Shown here in pieces: positions 25,555 to 38,316 of a stretch of 64,000 nt of DNA. The position numbers were made by a program, and so were the translations under genes. The notes under the pieces are model-generated. The model was not told the origin of the DNA. It did no database searches and saw only the letters and a list, made by a program, of their open reading frames with translations. How positions within the stretch are numbered: the stretch's first letter is position 1; every line of letters begins with the position of its first letter. This DNA is from Felis catus (taxonomy: Eukaryota), in the NCBI RefSeq assembly GCF_018350175.1, contig NC_058368.1, forward strand, positions 129,520,001-129,584,000, in the 5' to 3' direction.

Positions 25555-27653
25555 AGTGGCAGTACAGATTTATTCAGTACTTACCTACTTACCTTAAGAA
25601 GCTTGAGGTGCCAAGATGGCCGGTATGAGAAATTGTCAGTGATGTGTAAGGAAACCCATTTCAATGAAGAATCCACAGTTTTCTCTTTATTTGATGCAAT
25701 CTCTATTCCTCCCTCATGGAACCCTATTCCTCATTAACTAACAGGTAATTATATGGTGAACTCTGCTTCCTTTTCTTCTACTGTCTCTGTCCTTTCTCTG
25801 ATAGAGGCACTAATAAACAGCAAAATCTCTCTGAAATTAAGGAGTCAAGGAAAATAAAGGAGTAAAGGAGCTGAATGATCTATTTTCTTGATCATCAGCC
25901 CTGGGATAATTTACATTGAGTAAAATGTGATTCTTTTTTTTTTTTAAACAAATGAGAGCCAAGCAGACTACCTCAGCACTGCTCAAAGAAATAATGTTGT
26001 AAAAAAATACATAAATAATGTACTATTTTCATTGTCACTAAGTCCTTTATTACATGCCTGGGTACAAATGACACAGACTGTTAAATTAGAAAGGCAGAAT
26101 GAAAACTTTACATCAATCTTCATTCTAGCCCCAAATAACATGTTATAATCCAGAACTTTCTCTAAGCTTTATTGTTCAAGTAACATACCCATCAGAAAAA
26201 GAAAATGTTTGAAGTCGCTTCTGGCCCTTTAATGATTTTAATCAAAGGTGTTCTTCAGATGGAGGCAGCAAAAATCAAGAGTGTGTTATATTTGTGTTTC
26301 AACCCATATAATTTTTTTAAAAATTTCCTTGTAAATAACAATCTTCCCAAGAGTCCTTATTTTTCTCTACATGGGTTATAGCAAGAGGAATTAAGTATTA
26401 GTGAATTCCTTTCCCCTGCAAAGCACAGAACTCTCACAGTTTCTTGTTGTGGACGTAGAGTATTATCTTTACTTTCTAGTTGGAAATAGAGACCTAGTGA
26501 GTGAAGGCCCTTGACCCGAACCACACAGTGAGGGACGGAGCAGGAATTCCAACTCAGAGTTTAGAATCTAAGGCTTGGGCACAGAGGCTGGCTGGCTAAC
26601 TTGAACAGCACAGATGAGCACTCAGCAAGGCGGTGCTTGCTTCTGATAACAAGAGGTATGTTGGGGGACAAAACTGGATCTTCACAGTTCCTGCCTCTCC
26701 TTTTGCAGCTTCTGGTGACTTCTCCTTCCGAATTTGAAAGGAGCTCAGACCTTTCCACACTAGCTCCTCATTTTTCCTCAGGCAGGAAGAGTGTCTGTTC
26801 ACCCGCCCATACCACCCCCCACCCTGCCACCCCAACACTTAGCTCCGTCTAAGCGAAAGTGTGGCTCCGCATTTTGTCCCACAGCCTGATCCCCTGAAGA
26901 CCTAGTATTATTCTAAAAAAGACAGTTGCCACTGGCCCATTGCTGATCCTCTAGCAATGCACCCCACCCGCAGCCAAACCACACAAAAAGTGTATTAGAG
27001 AACAGTAGGCACTCTCACCAGCACATTCAGAAGAAATGGGGGGACAGCCTGTTTTCAAACACCCAACTTGGACACCACAGAGGGTGTGATCTCATCTAAA
27101 TGGCTCCCAATTTAACATGTGACAGGATGGAAATTCAGGAGATTCTTTTCATTTCCCAAAGACATGCTTATTCTTTTGGGACACATTCATGGTTTGCTTT
27201 TCCATAATCATTTCTGACGTATTACTTATCAGACTCCAAGTTCCCTCAAAGAAGGGAATTAAATAGTCAGTCTCCATTAGAAATGCTCTGAAAGACCAAA
27301 CAATTTTAAGAGACTTACTCTAGACAGTACAAAAAGAGACATGTTGTAAAATGAGTTTCACAGTTTAGAAATATTACAAATGCTAATTATTAACATAACT
27401 GAATATATGAAGAAGGCAGTGATTACCAGTCATTATCTATATAAAATAAAATAAAGGCTACAGAAACTTGCACAGAGATAGCATCTTTTGCTAACAAGAA
27501 ACGACCAATTCTGTTCACATACACACAAACGTACACACGCACAGACCCAAACACTCACAGACCTCAAATGGATTGAACAAAAACTCTTCATAGGAGCTCC
27601 GCAACATACTTTTGCACTGGCATCTCTACATTAAAGCTATGGTTTTCTGTGGA

Positions 27654-27666
27654 TACCACCTAGTGG
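27654..27666 (-). promoter_or_regulatory. CTCF-like motif
   Basis: Minus strand reads CCACTAGGTGGTA, one mismatch from the core CCACYAGRKGGCA; lies in unique sequence. Confidence 0.35.
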
Positions 27667-28092
27667 TTCAGAAATGAGGCATCAACCAAAAGAAGTTCTG
27701 TCAAAGTTGCATTAAGAAGTAGAGAACACTGCATCCCCAGTATGTTGTAAAGCCTCTGATCTATCTACAAACCCTTTCTCGCACCAGGAGGAAATGGGCA
27801 AAATCTGCAGTCCTTTTTGTGTTCTTCTCTTGGTAACTCCTTTTATTAGACAGCAGCTTCTCCCCCCACCCCCCCCCCCCAACACATGCTATGTGAAGTA
27901 ATCTATAGCAAAGCTGACTGTGGCCTAGCTCTCCTAACATTGTTGTGAGCATTTGTGGGGTCTACATATGAAGGGAATCTGTCCAGTGCCATCTTCTCAA
28001 TGAGGCCAACTTTGCAACACTGGCATACTTCTGATACTTATGTTGCTCTTTATTTTCTTTCTTTCCATTGTACTCATAGTCTTCTAACAGTC

Positions 28093-29103
28093 TGTGAAGT
28101 GTGGCAGAATGTAACACCCCAAAATATGCTATTTTGGCATAAGGATTTTTTAAAGCTGAAGGTAATTTTGAGAAGAAGGAAATGTAAGAAAAGCTCTCTG
28201 TCCTCCCACTATTTGCCTAAGCAGGGCATAAATTTTTTTTTAAATATAATTTATTGTCAAGTTGGCTAACATACAGTGTATATACAGTGTGCTCTTGGCT
28301 TTGGGAGTAGATTTCCATGATTCATAACTTACATACAACACCCAGTGCTCATCCCAGTAAGTGCCCTCCTCAATGCCCTTCACCCATTTTCCCCTCTCCC
28401 CTGCCTCCCCATCAACTTTCAGTTTGTTCTCTGTATTTAAGAGTCTCTTATGGTTTGTCTTCCTCCTTCTCTGTTTGTAACTATTTTTTCCCCTTCCCTT
28501 CGCCCATGCTCTTAAGTTTTTCAAGTTCCACATATGAGTCAAAACATATGATATCTGTCTTTCTCTGACTGATTCATTTTACTTAGCATAATACCCTCCA
28601 GTTGCATTCATGTTGCTGCAAATGGCAGGATTTCATTACTTCTCATAGCAGGGCATAAATTTATAAAGATGTGCACACCCCACACACCAGGAGTGACAGA
28701 AGTTAATGACCAGAGATAACTCTACACTCTTACCAGCCCAGAGATGGCACCAGAGGAACTTGCCTAACAAACTTCACCAACTAGCCTTTGTCTTCCATTA
28801 GTTACCCCTTATATTTATCTTTTGACAATTTGCTAACCTAAAGCTCAAAGTCCTTTTCCTTTCTTATCACTTCACCAAAAATGTATTGTTCTTTTGTTAA
28901 GATGCAATACAAGCCTGAGTTCTAACTATCCCTTTGAGCTACTTGTCACCAAATTCTCCTATGTGTACAGGTGATGCACATGGTCATAAACTTTGGTTTA
29001 TTTTTTCCTCTTCTTAATGTATCTTTTGTCAGTCTAATTTACACAATCCGAACCAATGAACCTAAGATGGATAGAGGAAAAGGAAAATTATTAATTTTTG
29101 GCA
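28093..29103 (+). mobile_element. MER34-family ERV1 solo LTR, interrupted by L1
   Basis: CACCCCAAAATATGCTATTTTGGCATAAGGATT..GCTGAAGG..AAAGCTCTCTG 5' end; TCTTTTGTCAGTCTAATTT..TGAACCTAAGATGGATAGAGGAAAA 3' end. Confidence 0.8.
28236..28646 (-). mobile_element. 5'-truncated felid/carnivore L1 3' end
   Basis: ORF2 end + 3'UTR similar to the 3797-4387 copy; perfect 16-bp TSD AGCAGGGCATAAATTT (28220-28235 / 28647-28662). Confidence 0.95.
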
Positions 29104-29139
29104 ACTGGATAATGAACGTCTTTATCAGATTTATTATGT

Positions 29140-29278
29140 ATTGTTTCTCTTTCCTAGAACCTGAGACCCACAAGCCCAAGTATCTTGGTTTGTTTTGTTC
29201 ACTCATATATCCCAGTGCCTAAGACAGTGCCTGGAAAAGCTGTCACCCAAAAAATGCTTGTTGAAGGAAAGATGATTT
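29140..29278 (+). mobile_element. L2 3' end (probably continues the 27980-28090 fragment)
   Basis: TTTTGTTCACT..TATATCCCAGTGCCTAAGACAGTGCCTGG..AAATGCTTGTTGAAGGAAAGATGA. Confidence 0.7.
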
Positions 29279-30103
29279 GCAAATGACTTACACTCAGCAG
29301 TTCTTATCTGTTACCTTCTGGTTTGAAACTAAGCCTCATAGTTCAGAGTAAAGAAACCACAGTATTGCTGTGATTCCAACTACTGCTCATGTCTCTTGAA
29401 AGGGACTGTGAGCTCTTTGATAGGTCAAAAACACTCCGTCTAGGGGAGAATAGAAAAACATGGGGGGTGGGGGGTGGAAGGAGGAAGGAAATGGCCAGAC
29501 TGAGAGAGAGAAGTGTCAGGTGGAGTTCCCCCTGGCTCTGTCCTCTGGAGTGAGATGCCTGCTTCCTATTACCTGATTCTGTTTCCCTTAAAGACAAATT
29601 GTTTCATTCAGAGAAAGCTGTAAGCAGCAGCAATTACTGTTTTCACAAATAATGGTTGTATTTTTTTTAGGTAGAACTAGAGAAAACTTGATATCAGAGA
29701 CTTAGATAGACATTTTTCTCCATTTTTTTTTGTAAGTGCTGGGAAGGACAAGCAAGAAATAGTAAAAATAAATGTGAAAGTGAATCAGGTAATATTCTCT
29801 ATGGGTGTAATAATGGAGGGTAGACCTGAATATGCATTTACTAGTTCCTAATTGTGTATTATTTATAAAATTTTAAAAACACAATCATATTTTTTCTTCT
29901 TCCTACTAAAATAACAAATATTAGCAAATGCCTTAAATGATTTTCAACACAACTATCCCTTTATGTCCAACACAGTGCCAACCACAAAATAAGCATGTAA
30001 GACATTGTCATCATAATTACTATGCATAAGTTAATAAATAACAAAAAAAACCTGTAAGAGAATATAGGGAGCTGTAAAACAATATAGGAAGAGGGACATT
30101 TTA

Positions 30104-30320
30104 TTTAAATTTTTTTTCAACGTTTATTTACTTTTGGGACAGAGAGAGACAGAGCATGAACGGGCGAGGGGCAGAGAGAGAGGGAGACACAGAATCGGAA
30201 ACAGGCTCCAGGCTCTGAGCCATCAGCCCAGAGCCTGACACAGGGCTCGAACTCACGGACCGCGAGATCGTGACCTGGCTGAAGTCGGACGCTTAACCGA
30301 CTGCGCCACCCAGGCGCCCC
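30104..30320 (-). mobile_element. Young Can-SINE (SINEC_Fc type)
   Basis: CpG-rich, A and B boxes intact; perfect 15-bp TSD AAGAGGGACATTTTA (30089-30103 / 30321-30335). Confidence 0.97.
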
Positions 30321-33300
30321 AAGAGGGACATTTTAAAGTAAAGACACTGAGATTCAATAGAGAAGTATAAAGAGGAGGAGGAGGAAGAAAGAAAAAGGGG
30401 AGAAGGGGAAATCACAGAAATGAGAGAGGCAAGTAAAAGATAGTGTGGAAGACTACTCCCTTCCGACATTGATTCTCCCTGTAGGGATAGTCCTTGAAAG
30501 GTTGAGCGAGGCAGACAAACAGGAGTGAGCCTAGTAGATCCTTTCAAAGCTCAGAAGCCAAATTTTATGGGAAGAAAAATCATTTGATGTAGATGGTCTG
30601 AGACTTTTTATTAAGTGCTGACAGCTAACAACACTCAGCCCATGATTTATTCAGAGAGCTGTGGATGCAGCAAAGACCAGCAACATGGACTTCATGCTGC
30701 CCAGCACTGGCTTTCCATCCACACCAGAGGACCATTCTCAGCCCTTAATATCACCAGGCACCATTCCCTCTCGCTGAGCTGCCTCCTTGGGTTTAGGGCT
30801 AATGGGGTCTAGTAAGAGTTAGTAATCCCGCTCTCTGAATCTTCAGTTCAAGATAAAAGCCACGTACGTTGTGATTGTGCACAAAGGTGCTCAGCTTCAG
30901 TGAAGGCTTTCCTGCCACAAAACAACTTCCCTTGTGGATTTAGAAGGCCATCTGTGTCCTGTGTGAGAGATGGTAACCTGCTCACTCACTGTGTAATGAT
31001 CAATGCTCAGTAGTTTTCCTTAGTCTTCCTGTCAGGAGGACTGTCAGAAAATGCAGAAAATTGAAGGTAGCCCTTATATACTTTAGATTATTTCTTCTTT
31101 TATTAGTTCCAAAACCTACTGGTTTGTCATTTCTTTTTCCTTTGTTGAAAAACAAAAACCAAACCAAACCAAACAGAAACAATCCTCCCTTCATTTGTGT
31201 ATACTTTTAACCAAAAGATCCAATAGCTTATTTTTCTCCTCTCAGAAATGCATCGTCGGTGTGAGTAAATCTGAGCTCGGATCTGACCTTTATCTTTACA
31301 ATATAACATGAGCACAATAATAATTTACACGGCTCAGTCCTAAGTGTGACATTTCAATGAGCCTGGTAAATAGCATTACCTGAAGCCAGCAGCCCACCAG
31401 GATACAGACTGAAAGGCAGGTGGGTGAGGGCATTTTCCAGAGAGGAATCCTTAATATGATGGTGGATATGGTCCTGAAGTCAGCAAAGGTTTCACTCCTC
31501 AGAGCTATGTTGGGTTAACGTTGACAACAAGGTAAAAACAAAAGCAAAGGGGGAAAAGGAGGCTTTCATTTAGCTGGACAACAAAAAAACTCTAGCCCTC
31601 GCATTGCAGGTTGATGGACTGCTGAACATCCAGATGCGTGGATAATGGCTCAAGGTCTTCCTTTTTCTCTCTGTGCTTGCAGACAGGGGTCAAGGAGGCC
31701 ACACATGCTATGAATGGAGCAGAATCCCGCAGGAGTTGGGGTTAGGAAAGAGAGAAATTGGGGAGGAAGAGACAAGGAAATGGGCTGATAGTTCTGCCTG
31801 TCTTCAAAGCTTAACCAACCTGTTGGTGGAAGGTGTTTGGCACCCAATCTCACTCTGCTTTGGGAAGGCAAAGCTATCAAATGTCCTTTCTTCCTACCTC
31901 CCCAGATTCCCAAGGCTACTTACGTCTGACTTTTCCAGACAACCTATCTCATCACATGACCCCAGGGTTTCATGAGCCGCTTAATGGGCAGGTCACTCAG
32001 GGTGTATTCTACCCCTTCTCTGAAAATCAAAGCCTCTAGACTTGCGACAGACAAGTGTGCCCTTCAGCCTGGCTGGCGCCCATCAGATTCTTTTTCAAGC
32101 GGAAGGAAGTGTGGACACGTTTCAGCTAGCGGAGAATAGTTAACGATGCCATAATGTATATGCTTCTCCCCATGTTTGCCTATTTGCATCCAATTGCAAG
32201 AGGCACGTCGTCACTCCACACTTCCCATCTCTTGTCAGTTTATCCTGTCCCCAGTGTAGAATGGCATTTCTCCCTGTATCACATCACAGTGATGTACAGA
32301 AAGCAATTTCTCAAAAAAATTAAAAACAAATGCTAAAAACAACCGACAATATGTTCTGCTAGAATTCTGTGCTTTAATAGGGAAATCATTCTCCCAGGGA
32401 CAAAGGCCATCTTCATGTTGTATAGAAACCCCCTTGGTGCAGAGGTTTCTCCTCTAATCCAGCCCTGCCCCCTACTAGGGCTTTGGTAGGCTTCAGCAAT
32501 ATCTTGACAAAGCTCTCCTTGGTATGGGAAAGAAAAGTTGGGTTTTCCTGAAATACGTTCATACCCTCGTCTTGCCCATAACCAACAGATTAAATACACA
32601 CACATATCACTTGCTGAGAGTTCCAGCTGTTTAGATTTTCACCCAAACATGTGAATAAAAACCGCAGGCAAAACAAGTGCTGTCTCTCATACCTTTTATG
32701 GATTAACAAATAGCCCTTACCCTGCTGATGCCCGTTCTTAATTGGACTGTGCTGTGAGGAGCAATTAAGCCTAAATGGCCACTTGCTGAGAGCTGGAGAA
32801 AGAAATGCCACAGCTTGAGGCATCTGCATTCTCCAAATAGAGCACATATGCTTTACTTTGGTGCCCATAAAAAAAAAAAAAAGGAGATTTACTTATCTCT
32901 TTCGTCCTTTTAAAAGTGAAAAGGGACCATTGTTTCATGCAGTAGGTGGAAATTATTCAAGGAAGTCCTTTAGGGATAAAATAATTCTTGCAACTTTCAT
33001 GCGCATAGAAGATCTAGGGATGAAAGTGCTTTGTTCCTCCATGAAAGAGGGCGGGAACTGGGCAAGAGAGGCCCCTTCCCACCCTCCACTCCACGGTGCG
33101 GCTCCATTACACGTGCCGAGGCCGGATCAGAACCCACATGGTGAGAATGTAATACAATGAGACAATCCCCTGGACACAAACAGATTAACACCTGAATGGC
33201 ATGTAAAGGAGGAAAAGTTTTATTAAAGAATATTCAGAGATATTATTTTTTGATGTGCTTTTGCTCCTGAAAATGGAGGAGAGAGAGCAAGAATGAGGAG

Positions 33301-33926
33301 GTTAAGAGAGGACGCACCTGCTCCTTTCAGCCAAGAAAGGTCATTTCAAGCAGCATCCAAGATATTCTTCTACTGAGCAGACACATGCATTGTCGGCCTC
33401 AGTTACTGATATTTGTGTCATTTTAGTATGGACAAGGGACTTTTCTCCTGAGCCATCTATCTCCTGAGATACACTGAAAAGGTTTTGTTATTGTTGCCGT
33501 TGCTTTTCTTGTGGGAAAGAAGAGAAAAAAACCATTGTTTTTGTAAACATTATATTCATCATCATTGAAAAATAAACTTCCAAGTGATTAAGGAAAAAGA
33601 AGAGAAACAAGAAAAAAAAACCTTCAAACCCCACTACCTAGAAACACCCGTCATTAATCATACTGTGAACACCTTTCCAAACATCTCTGTTTGGACACAT
33701 ATAGATAGAAGAAATAGGGGAAATTCTATAAAACCAGAATCATAATATAGGAGCTATATATTTTTTAAGGGTTCAGTTTTATTTTACTTCACTTTAACAG
33801 CCACAATAAAACTGTGGCAATATAGGATAAATTACTAAACTTTAGAAAAACCGTTCTCTTCAACAAATCAATTTAATTTTTTAAATGTATCTTTTTGTTG
33901 TTGGGGGCTGGCCCGTGCACTGCAGG

Positions 33927-34610
33927 TGTTGAGAGGAAAACTTTTACTTTACTCACCTACCTTTAAATGTTTGGGAGCCTACAAATTAACTGAAAATAGA
34001 TTGACAGGAGAAGAGGTTGGGTTTATTTACACAGGCATTTGGGAACACTAGTAATGAGTAGCTCACTGAAGAGCCAGAGGTAAAGATTATAAAAGATCTT
34101 AACAAAAAGGCAGAGGGGGTTGGGCACCAATGGAAAAGTATGGAAGAATCTGTCAGGCTTTTTTGATGCTCACGGACAGTTGAGTTTATTTTCTTTTATT
34201 TAAAAAAAAATTTTTTAGGTTTATTTTTGAGAGTGAGCGAAAGACAGAGTGTGGGGGAGGGGGGAGGCAGAGGGAGGGAGACACAGAATCCAAAGCAGGC
34301 TCCAGGCTCAGAGCTGTCAGTACAGAGTCCGATGCAGGGCTTGAACCCAAGAACCGTGAGACCATGACCTGGGCCAAAGTCAGACACTTAACCAACTGAG
34401 CCACCCAGGTGCCCCAACAATTGAGTTTAAACTTCCTGGTGCTAAGGGTCAGTTTTCTCTCAAATGGGGAACTTCAGAGGAGGATCTGTGGAGGCTCTAT
34501 TTTCTGGAGGCTCTGCTGAAGGGTAGGTAATGTTTCTTTTTGTGGCTGTTGATAGTTCAGAGGGTTTCAATTTAAAGTAATTTTCATATGACTTTGGTGA
34601 GCCATTAATC
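33927..34610 (-). mobile_element. MER34/MER31-group ERV1 solo LTR, interrupted by a SINE
   Basis: Starts TGTTGAGAGGAAAA..ACAAATTAACTGAAAATAGATTGACAGGAGAA..GTTTATT (polyA signal on -); TTCAATTTAAAGTAATTTTCATATG near the other end; right boundary uncertain. Confidence 0.65.
34189..34415 (-). mobile_element. Can-SINE
   Basis: TSD GACAGTTGAGTTTA / AACAATTGAGTTTA (34175-34188 / 34416-34429). Confidence 0.95.
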
Positions 34611-36213
34611 CTCTCCTGGATTTCAGACACCAGTAGAAACATCCTCCTTCCCCAGCAGGAAACCAAAAATGTCTCCAGACCAGGTCAAATGCCCCTGGGA
34701 AGGTGGCTGAAAGTCACTTCTGGGTGAGAACAACGACTCTAAGGTTCAAAGAAAAAACAGAATCAAGAGCAAAAATACTGATAGATTGAAAGCATAATTT
34801 TTAACCATATAATTCAATTTTGAATGGTATCTATTTATCCCTTGCCATGAAAGATTTTTAGGAATTGACAATTTCTTCGACATTTCCTCCTTCCAACTCC
34901 CAATATCAGTTAGCCATGATTTTTATGTTTTCAAAGTTTAAAACACATTTTGTTCTTTAAGTATAATTCTGACAATTAGTTAACTATTAAAATAAATCCA
35001 GATTCACCCCATGTCTCGGACCACAGCTTCTTAGTTCATTCCTGAGTTCATGAAGCAGATGTTCAATTGGCCTCCTCCAGAATAGGAAATAAAGCCTCCA
35101 AACTGTACAAAAAGTACCTCCATATTCTAGAGAGAAGTTCCAGGGAACCCAAAACATGCTCTCCAGAACGTTAAAGATGCATGGCAATCCCAATCCTGTT
35201 ATCGCCTCCTACTCCAACCTACATATGCAGAAGAAACGAACTCAAGGAAGCTAGTGGGGCGTGGTAAGAGGGATTGTGCTGTGCTCTTTCTCCTCTTTCC
35301 TCCCCCACAAACACACACGCACACATACACATACACACACAATGACCTGAAATGAAGGACAATGTAAGAATCACTAGTAGAGATTTGTGAAAAAACAAAA
35401 GTCTCAGGCCACCCATTCCTCTTTGGGCAATCACACACTGGCTAATTTACTCTGTGCCTCACTGAGACTGGCCCAGAAAACCTGTGGGAAAAAAGTAAGG
35501 CAGGGAGTACGGGTGTTGTTGAAACAGCCTGTATTCTAGATATTTTAAGGCCAGATGCATGAGTCTTCTGAGGGTTGGGTCCCCACAAGCTAGCCTGGTT
35601 GAGCCACTTCAGTAATATACCAGCTAAGGAGACAGCCTGCCTGGCAAGAGAATCTCAGCAGCAGGAGACTACGGAATAGTCCACGGCAGATAGGAGCTGA
35701 GTTAGAGTCAGAGATCTTGCCAAAGCACCAGTTGCTTGTCTGGCAAGAAAGAAGTCCTAGAAGGACCCCCAAAGAACTCAAACATGCATTTCTTGAGAAC
35801 ACCAGCTTGTGGACTTCTGCAAGGCAGAGTGAATGAGAATCAATAACAATCTAAAAAATGCCCAAAGCCACCACCAAAGTGCTGTTCAGCCCCTTTTACC
35901 CATCTCTCCTCTCACCACAGGGCAATAGAGGAGAATGGCACTCAGAAAAAAAAGGGTGTGAGGAAGGGAGACAAGGGAAGGCAGAGGGAACACAGAAGGA
36001 TGTCTGCGTAGAGGAGGAAAACTGTTGCTCCGCCCTCTTAGATTTAAGGCCTGGAACACACAAATAAAACCAATCAAAAACAAATGAACAAAAGGAAAAA
36101 TAGTTTTCATTATATACACATAGAAACCCACAAAGCAAAATGTAGCTCAAGGAGGTGGCCAGATGACCAAGGGTTATATCCCATCTTATGCTAAACACAA
36201 GAAAAGGGGGTTT

Positions 36214-36426
36214 GGGGGGCTCCTGGGGGGGCTCAGTTGGTTAACTGTCCAGTTTCAGCTCAGGCCATGATCTCACAGTTCATGGCTTCACGCCCTGTGT
36301 CAGAATCTCCGTCAGCACAGAGACTGCTTTGGAAGCCTCTGTCTTCCTCTCTTTCTGCCCCTCCCCTGCCCATGCTCGCTCTCTCTCTCTCTGTTTCTCA
36401 AAAATAAAAAAAAATAAAAAAAAAAA
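36214..36426 (+). mobile_element. Can-SINE inside LTR
   Basis: GGGGCTCCTGGGGGGGCTCAG head; degenerate TSD AAGAAAAGGGGGTTT / AAGAAGAGAGGGGTTT. Confidence 0.92.
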
Positions 36427-36479
36427 AAGAAGAGAGGGGTTTTGAGCTTCTCTGGTGGGAGGAGGGGGAGTTATAGGAA

Positions 36480-36926
36480 TGTAACCAAGATGCAGCAGTG
36501 TAAGAGCACCCAGCTCCAGGGGTCCCAAACAAACCAGGTTTAGCCACTGATAAAATCCAGACGTGGAGAAATGAGCAGTGGTGTAACAAGACAGGAATTT
36601 ATTTCAGTGAAGCTATCGCCAGGAAGACAGCAGACTAACATCTCAAAGACTGAACATTTCTCAAATGCTGAAAATTCCTTTAGGTTCATACTGCAGGTGG
36701 GTGGTAAAGGTCAGCTTGATCATTGTCTTGGGGTCAATCACATGGGGTCCTGCTGGTCATCACGGCAGTACCTATTGCTTGAGGAAGTAGTTTCAGTTCC
36801 CATCACAAGACGCTTGGACCAGTAGGGTCTTCTGCCCGAATTAAGAGATAAATTGGAAAGAAGAACATAATCAATTAGAATGTACAGGCCCAAGGTCAAA
36901 ATGGAGGGAGTTGAAGTTCTCTTTCA
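36480..36926 (-). mobile_element. Nested ERV1-type solo LTR (family not identified)
   Basis: TG..CA termini (minus strand TGAAAG..GTTACA); AATAAA on - at 36598-36603; interrupts the MER34-type LTR; TSD not clean (GGAA / GAAG). Confidence 0.65.
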
Positions 36927-37439
36927 GAAGGAAATATATGATTAATAAGGTTTGTTTTGTTATATAGATAGGACAGGTGATAAGCGTTGTCTCTGAGAGT
37001 AGCTCTCTTCCTGGTATAGTGACATCTTTACAAATGGAAATTTTCTTTATAAGTTTAAATTTCTTTTACCAAAGGGAAAATCTGTGCTCTGTTTTTAGAC
37101 GGTTAAGCGGAGGTAAATAGTTTTTCCGAGTCTATGGTTTTTCCATTGTATTTCACTCAAAATAATTCATACGCCAAAGAGGCATACTTAGAAGTGGCAT
37201 ATTCTGGTACCCCTCCTCTGCCATAGCTGCTCAACCTCAGAGTGAAAAAGAAAGTAAGAGTTAAATTGAATATGAGATAGAAGCTTCATTGGAGTTCCAA
37301 TCCTTGAAATCACTGGAAAGTGATTAGATAAAGCTAAGGTATTATTATAAGAACAAAAAGGGAAGATTTGCCTGGGAGGGTTTGAAGGCTGGAGAATGTG
37401 AATGAAGATACTCAGTTTGGCTATTTAAAGATCAACCCA

Positions 37440-38290
37440 TTCAACAAACTGATTACATTTGTTTTTCATCATCTCTTGGTCCGTTGAATTTATTTTTTCC
37501 AAGGACTCTCTTATTTCCTGTATTGCTTAAGTACTTGGATTATTGAGAATATCTATGGCCTTAGATTTGAACTTGCAGTTAGTAAATGATTTAGGAACAC
37601 TTGTTTTATTTAGAACTTTGTTGGCATTCCTTCACCGTCTTTTAGCATTGAACATTGCCATGTACAAGTCTGAAGTCAGGCAAATGGGCAAATGTTCCCC
37701 TTTAATTTCTTTTCTTCATGTCCATTTAAATCTTTCTTTACCTCATATTCCATGACTTTTTACGGGTATGGCTTGGTGTTGACTATGTTGTGCCAAACTT
37801 TACTGGATCATGCTATTAGCCTTCAGTGTGCTGATTCAAGCTTTAATTGATGGAAACTGTTTTCTATTACTGAAATCATGTCTCTTCCATCTGTTCATTC
37901 TTTTTCTCAGAAATGTCAATTAGTATATATTGGATCTCCTTGGTTTTTCTTCCATATCCAGTACCTTGTCTATAATCTTTTGTTATGCTATTGTTCTTTT
38001 CTATTTCATGCTGGGTGCTGTTGTCAAATCTGCCACTATCTACACAACTACGTTTTCAGTCACATTTGTTCTTTCTGTATTGTTGTTCTCTAGTTGAACT
38101 TCTCTTAGTTCATTTTTTATCCTTTTCCATTGCCATTTAATTTTCTTTGGAGCCTTTCTGTTACCTCTTTGAAATCTTTTTCTCTGACTATAATTTTTGT
38201 TATAGGAAACATCTTTGAGACTCCGGGAACAGTTTCTCTGCACCCTTTCTCCAGTTCTATAGGCAACTCTTCCTGCAGTATGTTTTACAT
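37440..38290 (-). mobile_element. Ancient L1M/HAL1-like remnant
   Basis: TTAGAACTTTG..GCATTCCTTCACCGTCTTTTAGCATTGAACATTGCC..AAGTCTGAAGTCAG, similar to the 4900-6850 and 62290-62740 remnants. Confidence 0.5.
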
Positions 38291-38316
38291 TAACTTTTTT
38301 TTTTTTAATTTTTCTC

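Larger units (their letters stand above)
33888..34740 (-). mobile_element. MER20 hAT MITE split by an LTR
   Basis: TTTGTTGTTGGGGGCTGGCCCGTGCACTGCAGG (about 33895-33926) and CCAGTAG..AACCAAAAATGTCTCCAGAC..CAAATGCCCCTGGG..TGAGAAC (about 34630-34731). Confidence 0.8.
36007..37216 (-). mobile_element. MER34-family ERV1 solo LTR containing a SINE and a second LTR
   Basis: TCAAAATAATTCATACGCCAAAGAGGCATACTTAGAAGTGGCATATTCTGG is the antisense MER34-type 5' end; 4-bp TSD TCTG (36003-36006 / 37217-37220). Confidence 0.8.
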
